Assembly (NCBI GenBank): GCA_035193785.1
Contig: CP136572.1
Location: 3,444,578 to 3,508,577, forward strand
Length of the DNA: 64,000 nt
Direction: 5' to 3'
Source: Planktothrix sp. GU0601_MAG3
GTDB taxonomy: Bacteria; Cyanobacteriota; Cyanobacteriia; Cyanobacteriales; Microcoleaceae
Under the pieces are notes generated by a model. It made no database searches, was not told the DNA's origin, and was given only the letters and a program-made list of their open reading frames with translations. This document shows positions 34,551-47,158 of this stretch, piece after piece; the first letter of the stretch is position 1, and each line of letters starts with the position of its first letter. Both the position numbers and the translations under genes were made by a program.

Positions 34551-34654
34551 AAAAAATTTCGTTTTTTTGGCTGGGGGGGTTGACAAAACCCGCCGTCTGA
34601 GGGACAATATCTTTAGGGGTTAACACGCCCGTACTCTTGACTATTTAGTCAACA
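34551..34654 (+). promoter_or_regulatory. Sigma70-type promoter plus palindrome (copy B), upstream of dndE
   Basis: TTGACA at 34580-34585, 17 bp spacer, GACAAT at 34603-34608; palindrome TTGACTA-TT-TAGTCAA at 34637-34652; homologous to copy A. Confidence 0.7.
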
Positions 34655-34938
34655 AAACCTCACAGGGCTTGATTTCCGGCAGCAGCCCCTTCGTGTCTTT
34701 GTGCATTTGTGTCTTTGTGGTGAAACCAGGAATATTTATTAACGAAAACTTAACAAAAGTCCATTTTTAATCAAGATTTTGTAAAGAAGTCTCAACATCA
34801 GGAAACACTGTCTCATGTTTCAGGTATAAAATGCTTAGTATATCAATCTAAAATCCGTAGATTCCCATATAAGAACGGAATGGGCAATGACAACTCTTAA
34901 AACTGATAACTGATAACTGATTACTGATAACTTAACCA

Positions 34939-35341
34939 ATGGAACCCCCCGTAGAAAGAATTCGCCTATCCCAAACGGCGAAGGAGCAACTAACTAAACT
35001 CAAACGAATTACCAAAATCGAGAACTGGAATATCCTGTGCCGTTGGGCGTTGTGCCGTTCCCTAGCCGAGTCAACCATTCCCTCCCCGGTTTCCCATCCC
35101 CGCCGATAGCAATGTAGAAATGACCTGGCAGGTCTTTGGGGGAGAGATGGGTGATTTATTCACCATTGCTCTGAAGCAACGTTGCCATAATGACCATTTG
35201 GGAACCGATGCAGAAACCATCGCCAGCCAGTTCCGTCTACACCTGCATCGAGGAATTAGTTATCTCGCAGGTGATCCGAATCTCAAACAGATTGAAGATT
35301 TAATCACCCTCACCCAGCCCCAAAACCCAGTAACTGAATAA
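34939..35341 (+). CDS. dndE: DNA sulfur modification protein DndE; one frameshift at ~35091
   Basis: MEPPVERIRLSQTAKEQLTKLKRITKIENWNILCRWALCRSLAE joins ...MTWQVFGGE...FRLHLHRGISYL. Confidence 0.9.
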
Positions 35342-35676
35342 ACGGTATCGCCACTCAAGCTCCCTGTTAATTTTCTAGGGGAAACCACTGACGGCCAAAA
35401 TTGTTAAACTAGAACTATAGCAATCCTGCTTGAAGGGAACACCGGAACAGAAATCATATAGCAGTAGCCCTTGGCAGTGAGGTCTTTTCCTCCCTGTTAA
35501 CTGTTGCTGTTACCTGTTGCCTGTTAACTGTTGCCTGTTAACTGTTGCCCGTTACCTTCTCCCTATTATAGCTCTGGCTGTTTCATATCATTTCAGTTAT
35601 AAATTATCACAACCTCGGCGCGGATTGCCATAGAAGAACTTAGCTACAAATCTTTCATGAGGTACTCGTAAATGCC

Positions 35677-36162
35677 ATGACTGTAGATTCTAACCGCAGA
35701 TATCATAATGTGATGGAAAACCTGGTGACAGAGGAAGTTAGACGTCAACTGGCTTCCATCTCCCCCCGCCTCTGCCAATATATTAAACGGGCGGAAGTTG
35801 AGACCTATGCTCTTAACCGCTTACCCCCTCTTTATGCTTCCTGTAAAGAGGGCTGGACACAACAACTCAAAAGGGGACGAGACGAATTTTCTGCCCCGAT
35901 TAAAACCGCAGTTCGACAGGGGATCATAGCCGTTCAACGGGACTTGCTGCGAAATTCAACCCCATTATCCCCAGAAGAATCCGTCCCCGTCAAGTTGGAA
36001 GGCCCAAAACTAGGGGCTGCCCAAATTTTACCCCGTCATCCGGCTGAATCCGCCGTACCTCCTCCTCCCAAACTAAATCAGAAAGCCGTCCATCATCACC
36101 GCGCTATTGCCAATGATTACTCCCACAAAGAAGCCTCGATTCAGGACGGATGGATGGGTTAA
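35677..36162 (+). CDS. ComFB-family protein (family includes the cyanobacterial c-di-GMP receptor CdgR)
   Basis: [13 protein letters not shown]...[13 protein letters not shown] signature. Confidence 0.75.
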   Translation: MTVDSNRRYHNVMENLVTEEVRRQLASISPRLCQYIKRAEVETYALNRLPPLYASCKEGWTQQLKRGRDEFSAPIKTAVRQGIIAVQRDLLRNSTPLSPEESVPVKLEGPKLGAAQILPRHPAESAVPPPPKLNQKAVHHHRAIANDYSHKEASIQDGWMG

Positions 36163-37431
36163 CGCTTGGGAGGAGTGCGACGTCGCAGGAAGTCAGGAAT
36201 ATCTAACCCTGGTAGGTTAGCCGGGGTTGGAGGTTGGTTGGGGTTAGCTGGAGCCGGAATCACAGGAATATTTCCCTGGGGTACATTCGCGGTACGGGTA
36301 ACGGGGATAGCACTTTTGTTTTCTCCCGAGAATCCGGTGGCAATTACCGTAATTTTCACCTCTCCTTGCATCCGTTCATCGATCACCGCCCCAAAAATAA
36401 TATTGGCATTGGGATCAACTACTTCATAGATGGTTTCAGCCGCTGCATTCACTTCATGTAGGGTTAAATCCGTGCCTCCGGTAATATTGAATACGACACC
36501 CTTGGCTCCATCAATAGAAGACTCTAATAAAGGAGAGGCGATCGCGGCAACAGCAGCCTCCCGAGCCCGGGATTTCCCGGATGCAATCCCAATTCCTAAT
36601 AGGGCAGACCCGGCATCGGCCATCACCGCCCGCACGTCGGCAAAATCCACGTTCACTAACCCCGGGATCGTAATAATATCCGAAATCCCCTGTACCCCTT
36701 GGCGGAGAACATCATCGGCATAACGAAAGGCTTCCTGCACGGGGGTTTGTTCGGCAATCACCTCTAATAACTTATTATTCGGAATCACAATTAAGGTATC
36801 AACCCTCGATTGTAATGCGGCGATTCCCTCATCGGCTTGGGAAATTCGTCGTTTGCCTTCAAAGTGAAAAGGACGGGTTACCACCCCAATAGTTAAAGCT
36901 CCGAGTTCCTTCGCCACCTCCGCCACCACAGGCGCTCCACCCGTGCCGGTTTCCGCCTCCTAACCCGGCGGTAATAAAGACTAAATCAGCCCCTTCCAGG
37001 GCTTTCTGAATTTCTTCCCGGGATTCTTCGGCGGCTTTTTGACCGATGGCCGGGTTTCCACCGGCTCCTAACCCCTTAGTTAATTTCTGACCCACTTGTA
37101 GGCGTTTTTGGGCTTTGGATAGGGTTAGGGCCTGGGCATCGGTATTCATTGACCAAAACTCGATCCCAGCCACCTGGCTATCAATCATGCGGTTAACGGC
37201 ATTACCGCCACTGCCACCCACACCAATGACTTTGATCTTTGCAGCATTGCTCGGAATAATATCGCCACTCCAAGAATCTTCACGGGGCATATCTTTAGAA
37301 TCGTTATTAGGGTTAACTATTAGTTCTTTTCTACGGAATGGATTGGCGGAATCTTCTGTCAACCAGGGATTCGCTTTTCCTTCAGCATCAGAATTGCCTT
37401 GGGTAGACCCCAGATTATTCTTAACTGTCAT
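36159..37431 (-). CDS. ftsZ: Cell division protein FtsZ; one frameshift at ~36951
   Basis: [27 protein letters not shown] (after correction), NVDFAD, C-terminal LDIPDFL. Confidence 0.97.
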
Positions 37432-37559
37432 TTTAATAGGGGAAGTAGATGAATAACGGTTCTATCACTTTAAACCAAATAAACACAAATACTATAGGGT
37501 AAGTTGAATTGGAAACCAAGTCCTTGAGGAGGGTGATTCTTCCCAAAGCGATCAGTCTG

Positions 37560-38450
37560 TTAGTTAGGGGTAGAATCCTCCTGGGATAATCTGCTTTTAT
37601 CGGTACTTTCGGTTTTCATCTGGAGCAGGGGTTGGTTGGGATTTGTCAGATCAAAATACATCATCTGAGTCCGATCTACCTGTTGGGGGATATTCCTCAT
37701 CCGATCAATCATCCGCAACTGTTCCGGGAATTTGGAGGTATAGGGGCCTAAATGAACTGTACCAATTTCTGTCTCCAAAATCAGATTATTCGGATCTTCC
37801 CAATTAATTTGGGAGATTTTCACCGGACTGCGACTGATGGCTTGATAAACTGGGAGCCAGTAGGAATGATACTGCTTGAAGTTGCCAATCACCTTGAGGG
37901 TGGGGAGTTTCTGGGATTTTGCCAATTCCCCATAGTTTTCTAACGGCATCCAGTCCCCGGCGGCATCTAACCATCCGATGGCGTTATTTGCTTCAACGGG
38001 GGAAGGTGTGGAGGTGGGATGGGCGATCGCTACGGGCTGCCGTTCTCGAATATTAACCGTTAAACTGGGGGGGAATAACTCACGGGTGACGGAAGCAGAG
38101 GCGATATGACCCCGTGATTCCAGGCCCGAGGCTAAGACCTGGGGCTGAATTTTCCATAAAGACTGAGGATAGGATAGCGGTAGTAAGGAACGAACCGCTT
38201 GATCGGATAATAGCTGATTGCCTTCGACTTTGATTTGTTCCGGTTGGCGAATAAACCAGAAAGGTTGGTTAATCAACCAAAACAGACCTCCCGTCAAAGT
38301 CCCCAGTGCTATTGTTTGCCATAACAGTTGAACCAACTTTAGACGACGTTGACGTCGTAACTGCTGGCGGCGACGTCCTAATTGACGGGTTGAAAGAGAG
38401 TCAATATTGGTTAGATTGCCCATACGCGACAGGATTTTCCTCCTCACCAC
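37560..38450 (-). CDS. ftsQ: Cell division protein FtsQ/DivIB
   Basis: Basic N-terminus, TM helix, POTRA domain (VEGNQLLS...VTRELFPPSLTVNIRERQP); upstream of ftsZ. Confidence 0.88.
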   Translation of the reverse strand: MVRRKILSRMGNLTNIDSLSTRQLGRRRQQLRRQRRLKLVQLLWQTIALGTLTGGLFWLINQPFWFIRQPEQIKVEGNQLLSDQAVRSLLPLSYPQSLWKIQPQVLASGLESRGHIASASVTRELFPPSLTVNIRERQPVAIAHPTSTPSPVEANNAIGWLDAAGDWMPLENYGELAKSQKLPTLKVIGNFKQYHSYWLPVYQAISRSPVKISQINWEDPNNLILETEIGTVHLGPYTSKFPEQLRMIDRMRNIPQQVDRTQMMYFDLTNPNQPLLQMKTESTDKSRLSQEDSTPN

Positions 38451-38735
38451 TGGTCACCGCCAACAATTTAGCATATTCTGTATCTCCCCATTTCTAATTG
38501 CTTTGGGGATTCCTTCACTAATAACCAATAACTGATAACTAACAACCAATAACCAACAACCAACAACTGATAACTAATAGCTGATAACTAACAAATGATA
38601 ACTGATAACTGATAACCGATAACTGATCATCCCCCCGACCCCCGATACCCCCCATCCTGAAACTCAACTTCCGCAGATAGAATAATAAACAGATCGTCTA
38701 TCCATTCAATTGATACAGAGGTTAAGAGTCTAATT

Positions 38736-40071
38736 GTGATCGAGCTTGAATTAAGCAGATTTTATAAAGCCTGTAACCCCAGTAAGACTATCGACATGGC
38801 GAAACCCGGAAGATCGAAAGTATTACATCGATTTTTCCTCCGTCCGGGGTAGCGATATTATTCGAGAATTGAGTCGCACCATTACTTTGTTGTCCCATGA
38901 TGAACCCACCTGTCAATTATTTAGTGGTCATATAGGCTGTGGGAAATCGACCGAATTATTTCGTCTGAAAGATTTATTAGAACATCAGGGATATCATGTC
39001 GTTTACTTTGAGTCCTCTCAAAACCTCGATATGGCGGATGTGGATATCAGTGATGTTTTATTAATGATTGCTCGTCAGGTGAGTGAAAGTTTAGAAGGGG
39101 ATCAAATTCGTCTCAAACCCGGATATTTTGCTAACTTATTTACCGAAATTTCCGAGTTAATGCAAACCCCTATTCAACTCTCAGCCGAAGCCGAATTATC
39201 CGTAGGAATCGCTAGAATTACCGCCAAAACCAAGGATTCACCCAAATTACGTTCCCAGTTACGACAATATTTAGAACCGCGCACCAGTAATATTTTAGAT
39301 GCCATTAATGATGAATTATTGGGACGGGCTAATACGGCGTTACAAGCCAAAGGAAAAAAGGGCATTGTCGTGATTGTCGATAATTTAGATCGAATTGATA
39401 ACTCTCCTAAACCCTGGGGCAGAACTCAACCGGAATATCTATTTGTTGATCGCGGTGAACAACTCAAACGCCTCAATTGTCATGTAGTTTTTACTATTCC
39501 CTTGACTCTGATGTTTTCTAATGATTATGATCGCCTTTCCAGTCGATTTGGAGTCAAACCCAAGGTTTTACCAATGGTTCCGGTACGTTTACGCGATGGG
39601 AAAGAAAATCCCACCGGGATGCTAAAATTACAACAAATGGTATTAGCTCGAGCGTTTCCCGATCTGGCAGCCGAAGATCGTTTTCTGTTGATGTCTAGTT
39701 TATTTGATAGTCCCGAAACTTTGGATCGTTTGTGTTTAATTAGTGGGGGCCATATTCGACGTCTATTGATGTTGATGTACAGTTGTTTACAACAAGAAGA
39801 TCCACCTTTCACCCGGGCTTGTTTGGATCAGGTAATTCAAGAATATCGAGATGATCTTTTAGGGGCAATTAATCAGGAAGAATGGGAGTTATTGTTACGA
39901 GTAGTTAAAACACAAAAAGTGACGGGGGAAGATGAATGTCAAACCCTACTCCGAAGTATGTTTGTATTTGAATATCGGGATCAAGAGGGTCGTTGGTTTG
40001 GAATTAATCCGGCCTTGACCGAGAGTAGTCAATACAAATTATTGGTCGATTCCCTGGGTAAAACTGCTTAA
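38736..40071 (+). CDS. P-loop AAA-type ATPase; frameshift at ~38803
   Basis: GTG start gives ..FYKACNP..; Walker A GHIGCGKST, Walker B IVDNLD, SGGHIR. Confidence 0.85.
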
Positions 40072-40073
40072 CT

Positions 40074-40300
40074 GAGGCAGGGGGAGTAGGGGGAGTAGGG
40101 GGAGCAGGGGAGCAGGGGGAGCAGGGGAGCAGGGGGAGCAGGGGGAGCAGGGGGAGCAGGGGGAGCAGGGGAGCAGGGGGAGCAGGGGGAGCAGGGGAGC
40201 AGGGGAGGCAGGGGAGGTAGGGGAGGTAGGGGGTGTGAACTCCTTCTGTTCCCCATTCGTAATTCGTAATTACCCATTACCCATTACCCATTCGTAATTC
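40074..40300. repeat. Intergenic G-rich 8/9-mer tandem repeat followed by heptamer repeats
   Basis: (GGGGGAGCA)n followed by TTACCCA/TTCGTAA units. Confidence 0.85.
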
Positions 40301-40578
40301 CCTATGACTTGGTATTCTATTTTACAAAAAATGGGGGATGTATTTTTTTTGTTTATTTTCTTGTCAATTATAACTTGATGAGTTAAATTTATATAAGGGG
40401 AATAAAAGATATTAAAGACTAAATAAATAAATTATAAGCACCCAACTAATTTTTGAAGTGTTCAAACTTTTTTTTGATTAGATTCCCAATTTTAAAATCT
40501 GAAATATTGGCTTTTGGGAACAAAAGCGAACTAGAGTGTTTATGCTCGAAAATACTGATTACAATCATCATTTAATTA

Positions 40579-43500
40579 ATGTGCCGTTTTCCCATGGATA
40601 AACTTATTGACCCCAAAATAGTAGCCTTAGTGAATGAACGAGGTTTGAATCGATTGTTACGCGCTGTATCCTTGTCGCAAGGTCAGTTTTCCTTAGTCTT
40701 GGTTCGCTGTAATTCCAGTCAACTCAGACAAAAAGTTCTACAGGCTGTACAAGTTGATTCAGAAATCAAGATTGAGCCTTTAATTTTATCTCCTCATACC
40801 CAAACTCTCTATACACCCTTATTAGAAAAGGTTGAGAAAAATGCTACCTCGGCACTGATGATTTTAGGGTTAGAAACCGTAGAAAATCTGGATATTATTT
40901 TGAGTTCAACCAATCAGGTTCGGGATGAATTTAGAAAACAATTTAATTTTCCGATTATTATCTGGATTACCGATGATATCGCGACGGGTCTAATTCGTTT
41001 GGCCCCGGACTTTAAAAGTTGGGCTGCTGCCACGATTAAATTTGAATTAACCACGACCGAATTATTGGATTACTTAAAATTACAAGCCAATACCCTATTT
41101 ACCCTAGCAGAATTAAAAATCAAAGCTTGGGAACCCAAAACCCAACAGGTGTTTAAATCGACCGTATCCCGTAGTTTCTCCGTCTGATTTTGGCATCGAA
41201 TCTAACCGACGGCGAGAATTAGAACTCCATTGGCAGGATTTACACAATCGAGGTTATGAGTTAGAACCAGCTTTAGAAGCCTGTCGTCAGTTTATTTTGG
41301 GTCAAGATTGCGATGCCCATGACCACATCGAAATTGCCCGCCAACATTATCAACAGAGTTTAGCCCTGCTCCAACACGAGGCGGGTTTACGAGGTTATAC
41401 CGCCCAAGGTGAAATCCTCTGTCAAATCTCCGGTGTCGGAATGTCCCTGGCGGTGATGGCTCCCATGACCCCTTCCCCACTTGTATTTTGTTTAAGGGAA
41501 CGTCAGGGAATTGTATTGTTTCATATTGCTTTAACCTATTGTATTCAAGCCACTCGAAATCCCAACTCAGTTCGGGCTTTATTAACAGAAGCCAAACGCT
41601 ATTTTGAGCAAAGTCAGCAAGTTTTTCAACAAGCCGGACGCCCGGATTTAGTGGCGGGAGTGATTTCGCCTTTAGGTGAAGTATTGCAACGCTTACAACT
41701 ATGGGAAATGTTGCAAGAATTAGCCCTGGGGGGCGTAAAAATGCACTTGGTTTATGGCACGTCAAGTCAATTGGCTCAAGATTATGTATTTATGGCGGAG
41801 GTAGCCCTAAAACGTTCAGAATGGCATCGAGCTTTGATGTTAGCAAAATTATCTTTAACTATTTTACCCGGGTCAAAACCAACGGCGAGTCAAGCACAGT
41901 GTTTATTATTATTAGCCCGTTGTTATCAACATCAGGGAGAATGGCAACAGGCCAAGCAGAAATTAGAATTGGCTCTGACCCAAATGGAACCCCAATATAA
42001 TCCCCAGTTGTATCTGGATATTTTGGAGGAATTACGCAATATTGAGTATCAGCAAAGTCAGTATCGTCAAGCTTTTAGAATTAAGAAAAAACAACAGGAA
42101 CTTCAGCATCAATATGGGTTCCGTGCCTTCATTGGAGCCGCCCAACTGCAACCTCCAAAACAAGCGATTAATCCCTCTAGTACCCGAGGAGAAAATGTCG
42201 TCACGATTGCGGAAGAAATGATGGCATCCTGTCGCCAGCATGATATTCAGAACTTGCTGAATCGATTAAGTCGTGATGATCATAAATTGATTATTATTCA
42301 TGGCCGTTCTGGGGTGGGTAAAAGTTCTTTAGTGAATGCGGGTTTAGTTCCAGCTTTAAAGAATACGGCAATTAGTGCGCGGGATTGTTTGCCCGTGGTG
42401 ATTCAAGGATATATGAATTGGAATCGAGAATTGGAACGAAGTTTGGCGAGTGCCCTATTAAATTGTGATTCCTTTAAATATCCCAATGAATCAATCAAAA
42501 AACTTTGGTATAAAGTGATAGCCCAATCCTCTACTCAAGATTGGGATAATCGCAATTCCAACCAAATTAATCAGGGATCTCCGGCAGCTTTTATTCTGAA
42601 TCCCTCCTCTTTTGTGTTGAGACAACTGAACCAAAATGCCGAAAGAAATTTACTAACAGTTTTAATTTTTGACCAGTTTGAGGAATTCTTTTTTGTCTCT
42701 AATTGTCAGAAAGAAGAGCGAAAAGTATTTTATAACTTTCTCAAAATTTGCTTGGATTTACCCTTTGTAAAAATAATTTTTTCTATCAGGGAAGATTATT
42801 TGCATCATCTCTTAGAATGTGATCAATTAATCAATTTGGATGCCATTAATAATAATATTCTCGATAAGAAAATTCGTTATCATTTGCGAGATTTTACTTT
42901 GGCGGAAGCAAAAACCGTAATTGAGCGCTTAAGCCAACGGGCTAAACTCCAATTAGAGCCAGGTTTAATTGATGCTTTGGTCACGGATTTAGCCGATGAA
43001 CGGCAGGAAATTCGTCCGATTGAATTGCAAGTTGTCGGGGCGCAACTTCAGGAAGAAGGAGAACACGGAATTACCACCTTAACCGCCTATAAACAATTAG
43101 GAACTAATCCCAAAACCGAATTAATTAAACATTCCATTGAACAGGTAATTAAAGATTGTGGGAATATCAATGAAGATGCAGCTTGGGAAGTTTTATTTGC
43201 CCTGACGGATGAAAAATTTACTCGTCCGATTAAAACTAAAGTGGAACTAATTACAGCCGCGAGGAGAGCAGGGGGAGTAGGGGGAGTAGGGGGAGTAGGG
43301 GGAGCAGGGGGAGTAGGGGGAGTAGGGGGAGCAGAGGGAGCAGGGGAAGCAGGGGGAGTAGGGGGAGCAGAGGGAGCAGGGGGAGTAGGGGGAGTAGGGG
43401 GAGCAGAGGGAGCAGGGGGAGTAGGGGGAGTAGGGGGAGTAGGGGGAGCAGGGGGAGTAGGGGGAGTAGGGGGAGCAGAGGGAGCAGGGGAAGCAGGGGA

Positions 43501-46119
43501 GGTGAAGTATTACCCATTACCCATTACCCATTACCCATTACCCAAAGGAGGGGAGGAAGCGGAGGCTTTTATTGATATTATTTTAGAATCAGGATTACTC
43601 TTAAAAAGAAGAGAAGAACCTGAAGATCGATATCAACTGTTACATGATTATTTAGTCTTCCCCATTCGACAACAATACGGACTACAGGAACAACGGCATC
43701 AACACGATATTCAACAACGGTTGCACAAAGCCCAATCTGAAAAATCAAGGGCGGAAGCGGCTTTAAAAAAAATGAGTCGAGAGCAACTGTTACAACGTAA
43801 TCAACGATTACAAAAGTTGTTAGGGGTGTCGATCATTGTTGTCCTGCTATTGGGTTTTACCACAAAACTAGCCACCTATCAACAACGACGAGCCGACGGG
43901 CAAAAGCAAATCGCCGACTTAGCCACCCTAACGGCGGCTTCCGATGCCCTATTCTTCTCCCAATATAAATTTGATGCTCTCCTAGAAAGTTTAAGGGCGG
44001 CTCGGCAATTTCAAGGGTTACAAGCCGCGACCCAAGAGCAGTCGGAACTCAAAACCATGGAAACTCGAATTGCAGCCACCTTACAACAGGCCGTATATGG
44101 GACAACTGAAAGCAACCGTTTAGAAGGACACCAGGATGTGGTTTGGGATGCTTCCTTTAGTCCCGACGGCAATTATATTGTTTCTGGGAGTGTTGATAAA
44201 ACGGTGAAATTGTGGACACCCGATGGTCAACTGCTGCGAAACCTTAGTCGGTCATGGGGGAAGTGTCACCAGTGTGAGTTTCAGTCCCGATAGTCAGATG
44301 ATCGCCTCGTCTTCCCAAGATGGGACAATTAAACTTTGGCCCGTCGCAGCCTTGTCTACAATCAAAGATCCGGTCACGACCGTGACCCTCCAAGCCCATC
44401 GCCAGGCTGTTTCCTCCGTGACTTTTTCGCCCGATGGCCGTTTGATAGCTTCGGTGTCCGATGATCGTCGATTAAAATTATGGAGTCGAGAGGGGACTTT
44501 GTTGCGAACGGTCTATCGGGCTGAGGCTCCTTTAAACTGGGTAAGTTTTAGCCCCGATGGTCAGGTTTTAGCGATCGCGTTGACCGATGGGACAGTAAAA
44601 CTGCTAAAACTGGATGGAACGGTACTCCACACCTTGGATCACACTGCTAATCCGAATAAAACGGTTTATAAGGTGAGTTATTCCCCCAATGGTCAACTGA
44701 TTGCTACGACGGGACATGATCAAACGGTGAAATTGTGGAGTGCTCAGGGTCAACTTTTGAAAACTTTAAAAGGAGATCATTCCAATATATATGGGGTGAA
44801 TTTTTCTCCCGATAGTAAACTGTTGGCAACTTCTACGGATAATAAAAATATCTATTTATGGACGGTGGAGGGAACTCTATTAAAGCAGTGGCAAGGACAT
44901 GGGGACAAGGTAACTAATATTCAATTTTCCCCCGATGGCAAGACTTTAATCTCCTCAAGTTATGACAAAACGGTGAAACTCTGGAGTGCAGATTTAATTC
45001 CTCTAAAAACCCTGAAGGGACATAAAAATCGGGTTTTAGGGGTGAATTTTAGCCCCAATGGTGAGATGTTTGCCTCGGCGAGTCAGGATACAACGGTGAA
45101 ACTTTGGAGCCGGACAGGGGCACTATTGACCACTTTGGCGGGCCATCGGGATCGGGTAACTACGGTGGGTTTTAGTCCCGACGGAGAACTTTTAGCAACG
45201 GCGGGTTTTGACCGGACGGTGAAATTGTGGAAACTGAGTCCTGACTTAGAAAGCTCAGAAAAATCCCCGGGGGGTTTGTTTAAATTGCCTGATTATTTTA
45301 GCCTTTGGGGTGCGGCAAAATTAAAATCGGCTTCGCCCCAAACAAAAAACCGGGTTTCGATGGAATCCATTCAACTGCTTCAGACCTGGATTGCCCATGA
45401 CGATAGCATTACTAATATCACATTCAGTCCCAATGCCGAACAAATTGCTACGGCTAGTAAGGATAAAACGGTGAAATTGTGGAATCGGCAGGGTCAATTA
45501 TTACATACTCTGATCGGACATAGTTCCTGGGTTAATAGTGTTACCTTTAGTCCGAATGGGGAGATGATTGTCACTTCTAGTGATGATGGGACGATTAAAC
45601 TTTGGGACGCTGGGGGAAAGTTGTTAAAGACGATTACGGCTGATCAGGGTTATATTCTGAGTATCAGTTTTAGTCCCGATGGTAAATTTATTGCTTCTGC
45701 TGGCTATGACAATACGGTTAAACTTTGGGATGAGCGGGGGAAACTATCTGAAGACACTGTTAAAGGGATCAAGTGATAGTGTGACCAGTGTGGTGTTTAG
45801 TCCTGACAGTCAGTTAATTGCTTCGGCGAGTTACGATGGTACGGTGAAGCTCTGGAGTCGGGATGATGGCACTTTGCTAAAAACCCTGGTGGGACACCGG
45901 GATAGTGTGATGGGCATTAGTTTTAGTCCCGATGGTCGGGTTTTGGTTTCTGCCAGTCGGGATCATACATTAATTATGTGGAATCTGGATTTGGATAATC
46001 TGATTGATCGCGCTTGTGATTGGGTTCACGATTATCTCCGCACTAATCCTAAAGTTCAAACGAGCGATCGCGATCTTTGTAATCAGTCATCAGTTATCAG
46101 TTATCAGTTATCAGTTTAG
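40579..46119 (+). CDS. Giant NLR-like protein: degenerate ATPase-like N-domain, TPR, STAND (nSTAND1-like) NTPase, TM, WD40 propellers; three frameshifts
   Basis: ORFs 40579-41187, 41297-44293, 44223-45776 and 45679-46119 are contiguous. Motifs LAPDFKSW, Walker [24 protein letters not shown], and ~14 FSPDG...D.TVKLW repeats. Confidence 0.85.
43265..43544. repeat. In-frame G-rich 9-mer repeat plus TTACCCA repeat inside the STAND gene
   Basis: Encodes (GGV/GGA/EGA)n followed by [11 protein letters not shown]. Confidence 0.88.
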
Positions 46120-46477
46120 GAGTTATCAGTTTATCAGTCATCAGTTCATCAGTCATCAGTTATCAGTCATCAGTCATCAGTTATCAGTTTAGAAGTTATC
46201 AGTTTAGAAGTTATCGGTTTGGGAGTTATCGGTTTGGGAGTTATCGGTTTGGGAGTTATCGGTTTGGGAGTTATCGGTTTGGGAGTTATCGGTTTGGGAG
46301 TTATCGGTTTAGAAGTTATTATCGGTGGTATAGCACTACGCATTACAGTTAGGACAATTCCAAATTCAGCCAACTCATTCACTACTTACTGTTTCGGTGT
46401 TTCGGTGTTTCGGTAACTAATAACTGATAATTCTTAAACTGATGACTGATAACTGTTGACTGTTGACTGATAACTGA
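46081..46477. repeat. Composite repeat field: heptamers, ~9 x 15-bp units and a MITE end
   Basis: (TCAGTTA)n; GGTTTGGGAGTTATC units at 46186-46320; TATAGCACTACGCATTACAGTTAGGAC at ~46329. Confidence 0.8.
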
Positions 46478-47158
46478 TTACCAGTTGAGGATGTCATTTA
46501 ATAGGGCTTGATATCCTCGGACATTGGGATGAAGACCATCGGCGCTTAGGTGTAGTTGCAGCCAATTTTCTCCCCGTTTTAACCAAAGATCAAAGATATC
46601 CAGATAGGGAATTTGACGCTGTTCACAGGCTAATTTTGTAGCTTCTTTGTAGCGATATTGGTCAGTGTGATTATAATAAAAACAGTTGAGAAATGGCATT
46701 TTGCTTTCATCGACGGGTACCATTCCGATAAATACGACGGGACAGAGATTGACCGCTTGATCTAATAACTGCGCTACTTGGGTTTTCCACTGTTCAAATT
46801 CCGTAAAACCCCGTCCGTTGGGGCATCCTAAACGGGGAGAATCATTCAGACCCACCGAAAGAATCATTAATTCCGGTCGGCGATTTTGTGAATATTTGCG
46901 GTGACTCCATTGTTTTTCCAGTCGTTGTGAAACCTGAGCCACTCCGTTGCCTCGCATTCCTAAATTATAAAGGGCATGACCTGTATTTCCCGGGGACATC
47001 CATTGACGACGTAAACGTTCGACCCAGCCACCGCCAACCGGATCACCAAAACCATAAATCAGACTATCTCCGAGGGCAACGATTCTCATGGGAGAGGCAT
47101 CGGGGGAAAGATAATTCCCTGGAGGACGGGATAGATATTGAGTAGAAAGGGTTCGCAT
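46478..47158 (-). CDS. SGNH/GDSL hydrolase
   Basis: Blocks ALGDSLIYG, NLG, SVGLND and DGLHPN. Confidence 0.9.
   Translation of the reverse strand: MRTLSTQYLSRPPGNYLSPDASPMRIVALGDSLIYGFGDPVGGGWVERLRRQWMSPGNTGHALYNLGMRGNGVAQVSQRLEKQWSHRKYSQNRRPELMILSVGLNDSPRLGCPNGRGFTEFEQWKTQVAQLLDQAVNLCPVVFIGMVPVDESKMPFLNCFYYNHTDQYRYKEATKLACEQRQIPYLDIFDLWLKRGENWLQLHLSADGLHPNVRGYQALLNDILNW

Noticed and set aside
43251..43517. (LLP)n ORF, and similar ORFs at 16477-16899, 17783-18100 and 40068-40277
   Set aside because: These are alternative-frame readings of the G-rich 9-mer repeats.
46170..46416. (PITPK)n and (GVIGL)n ORFs
   Set aside because: Translations of the 15-bp intergenic repeat.
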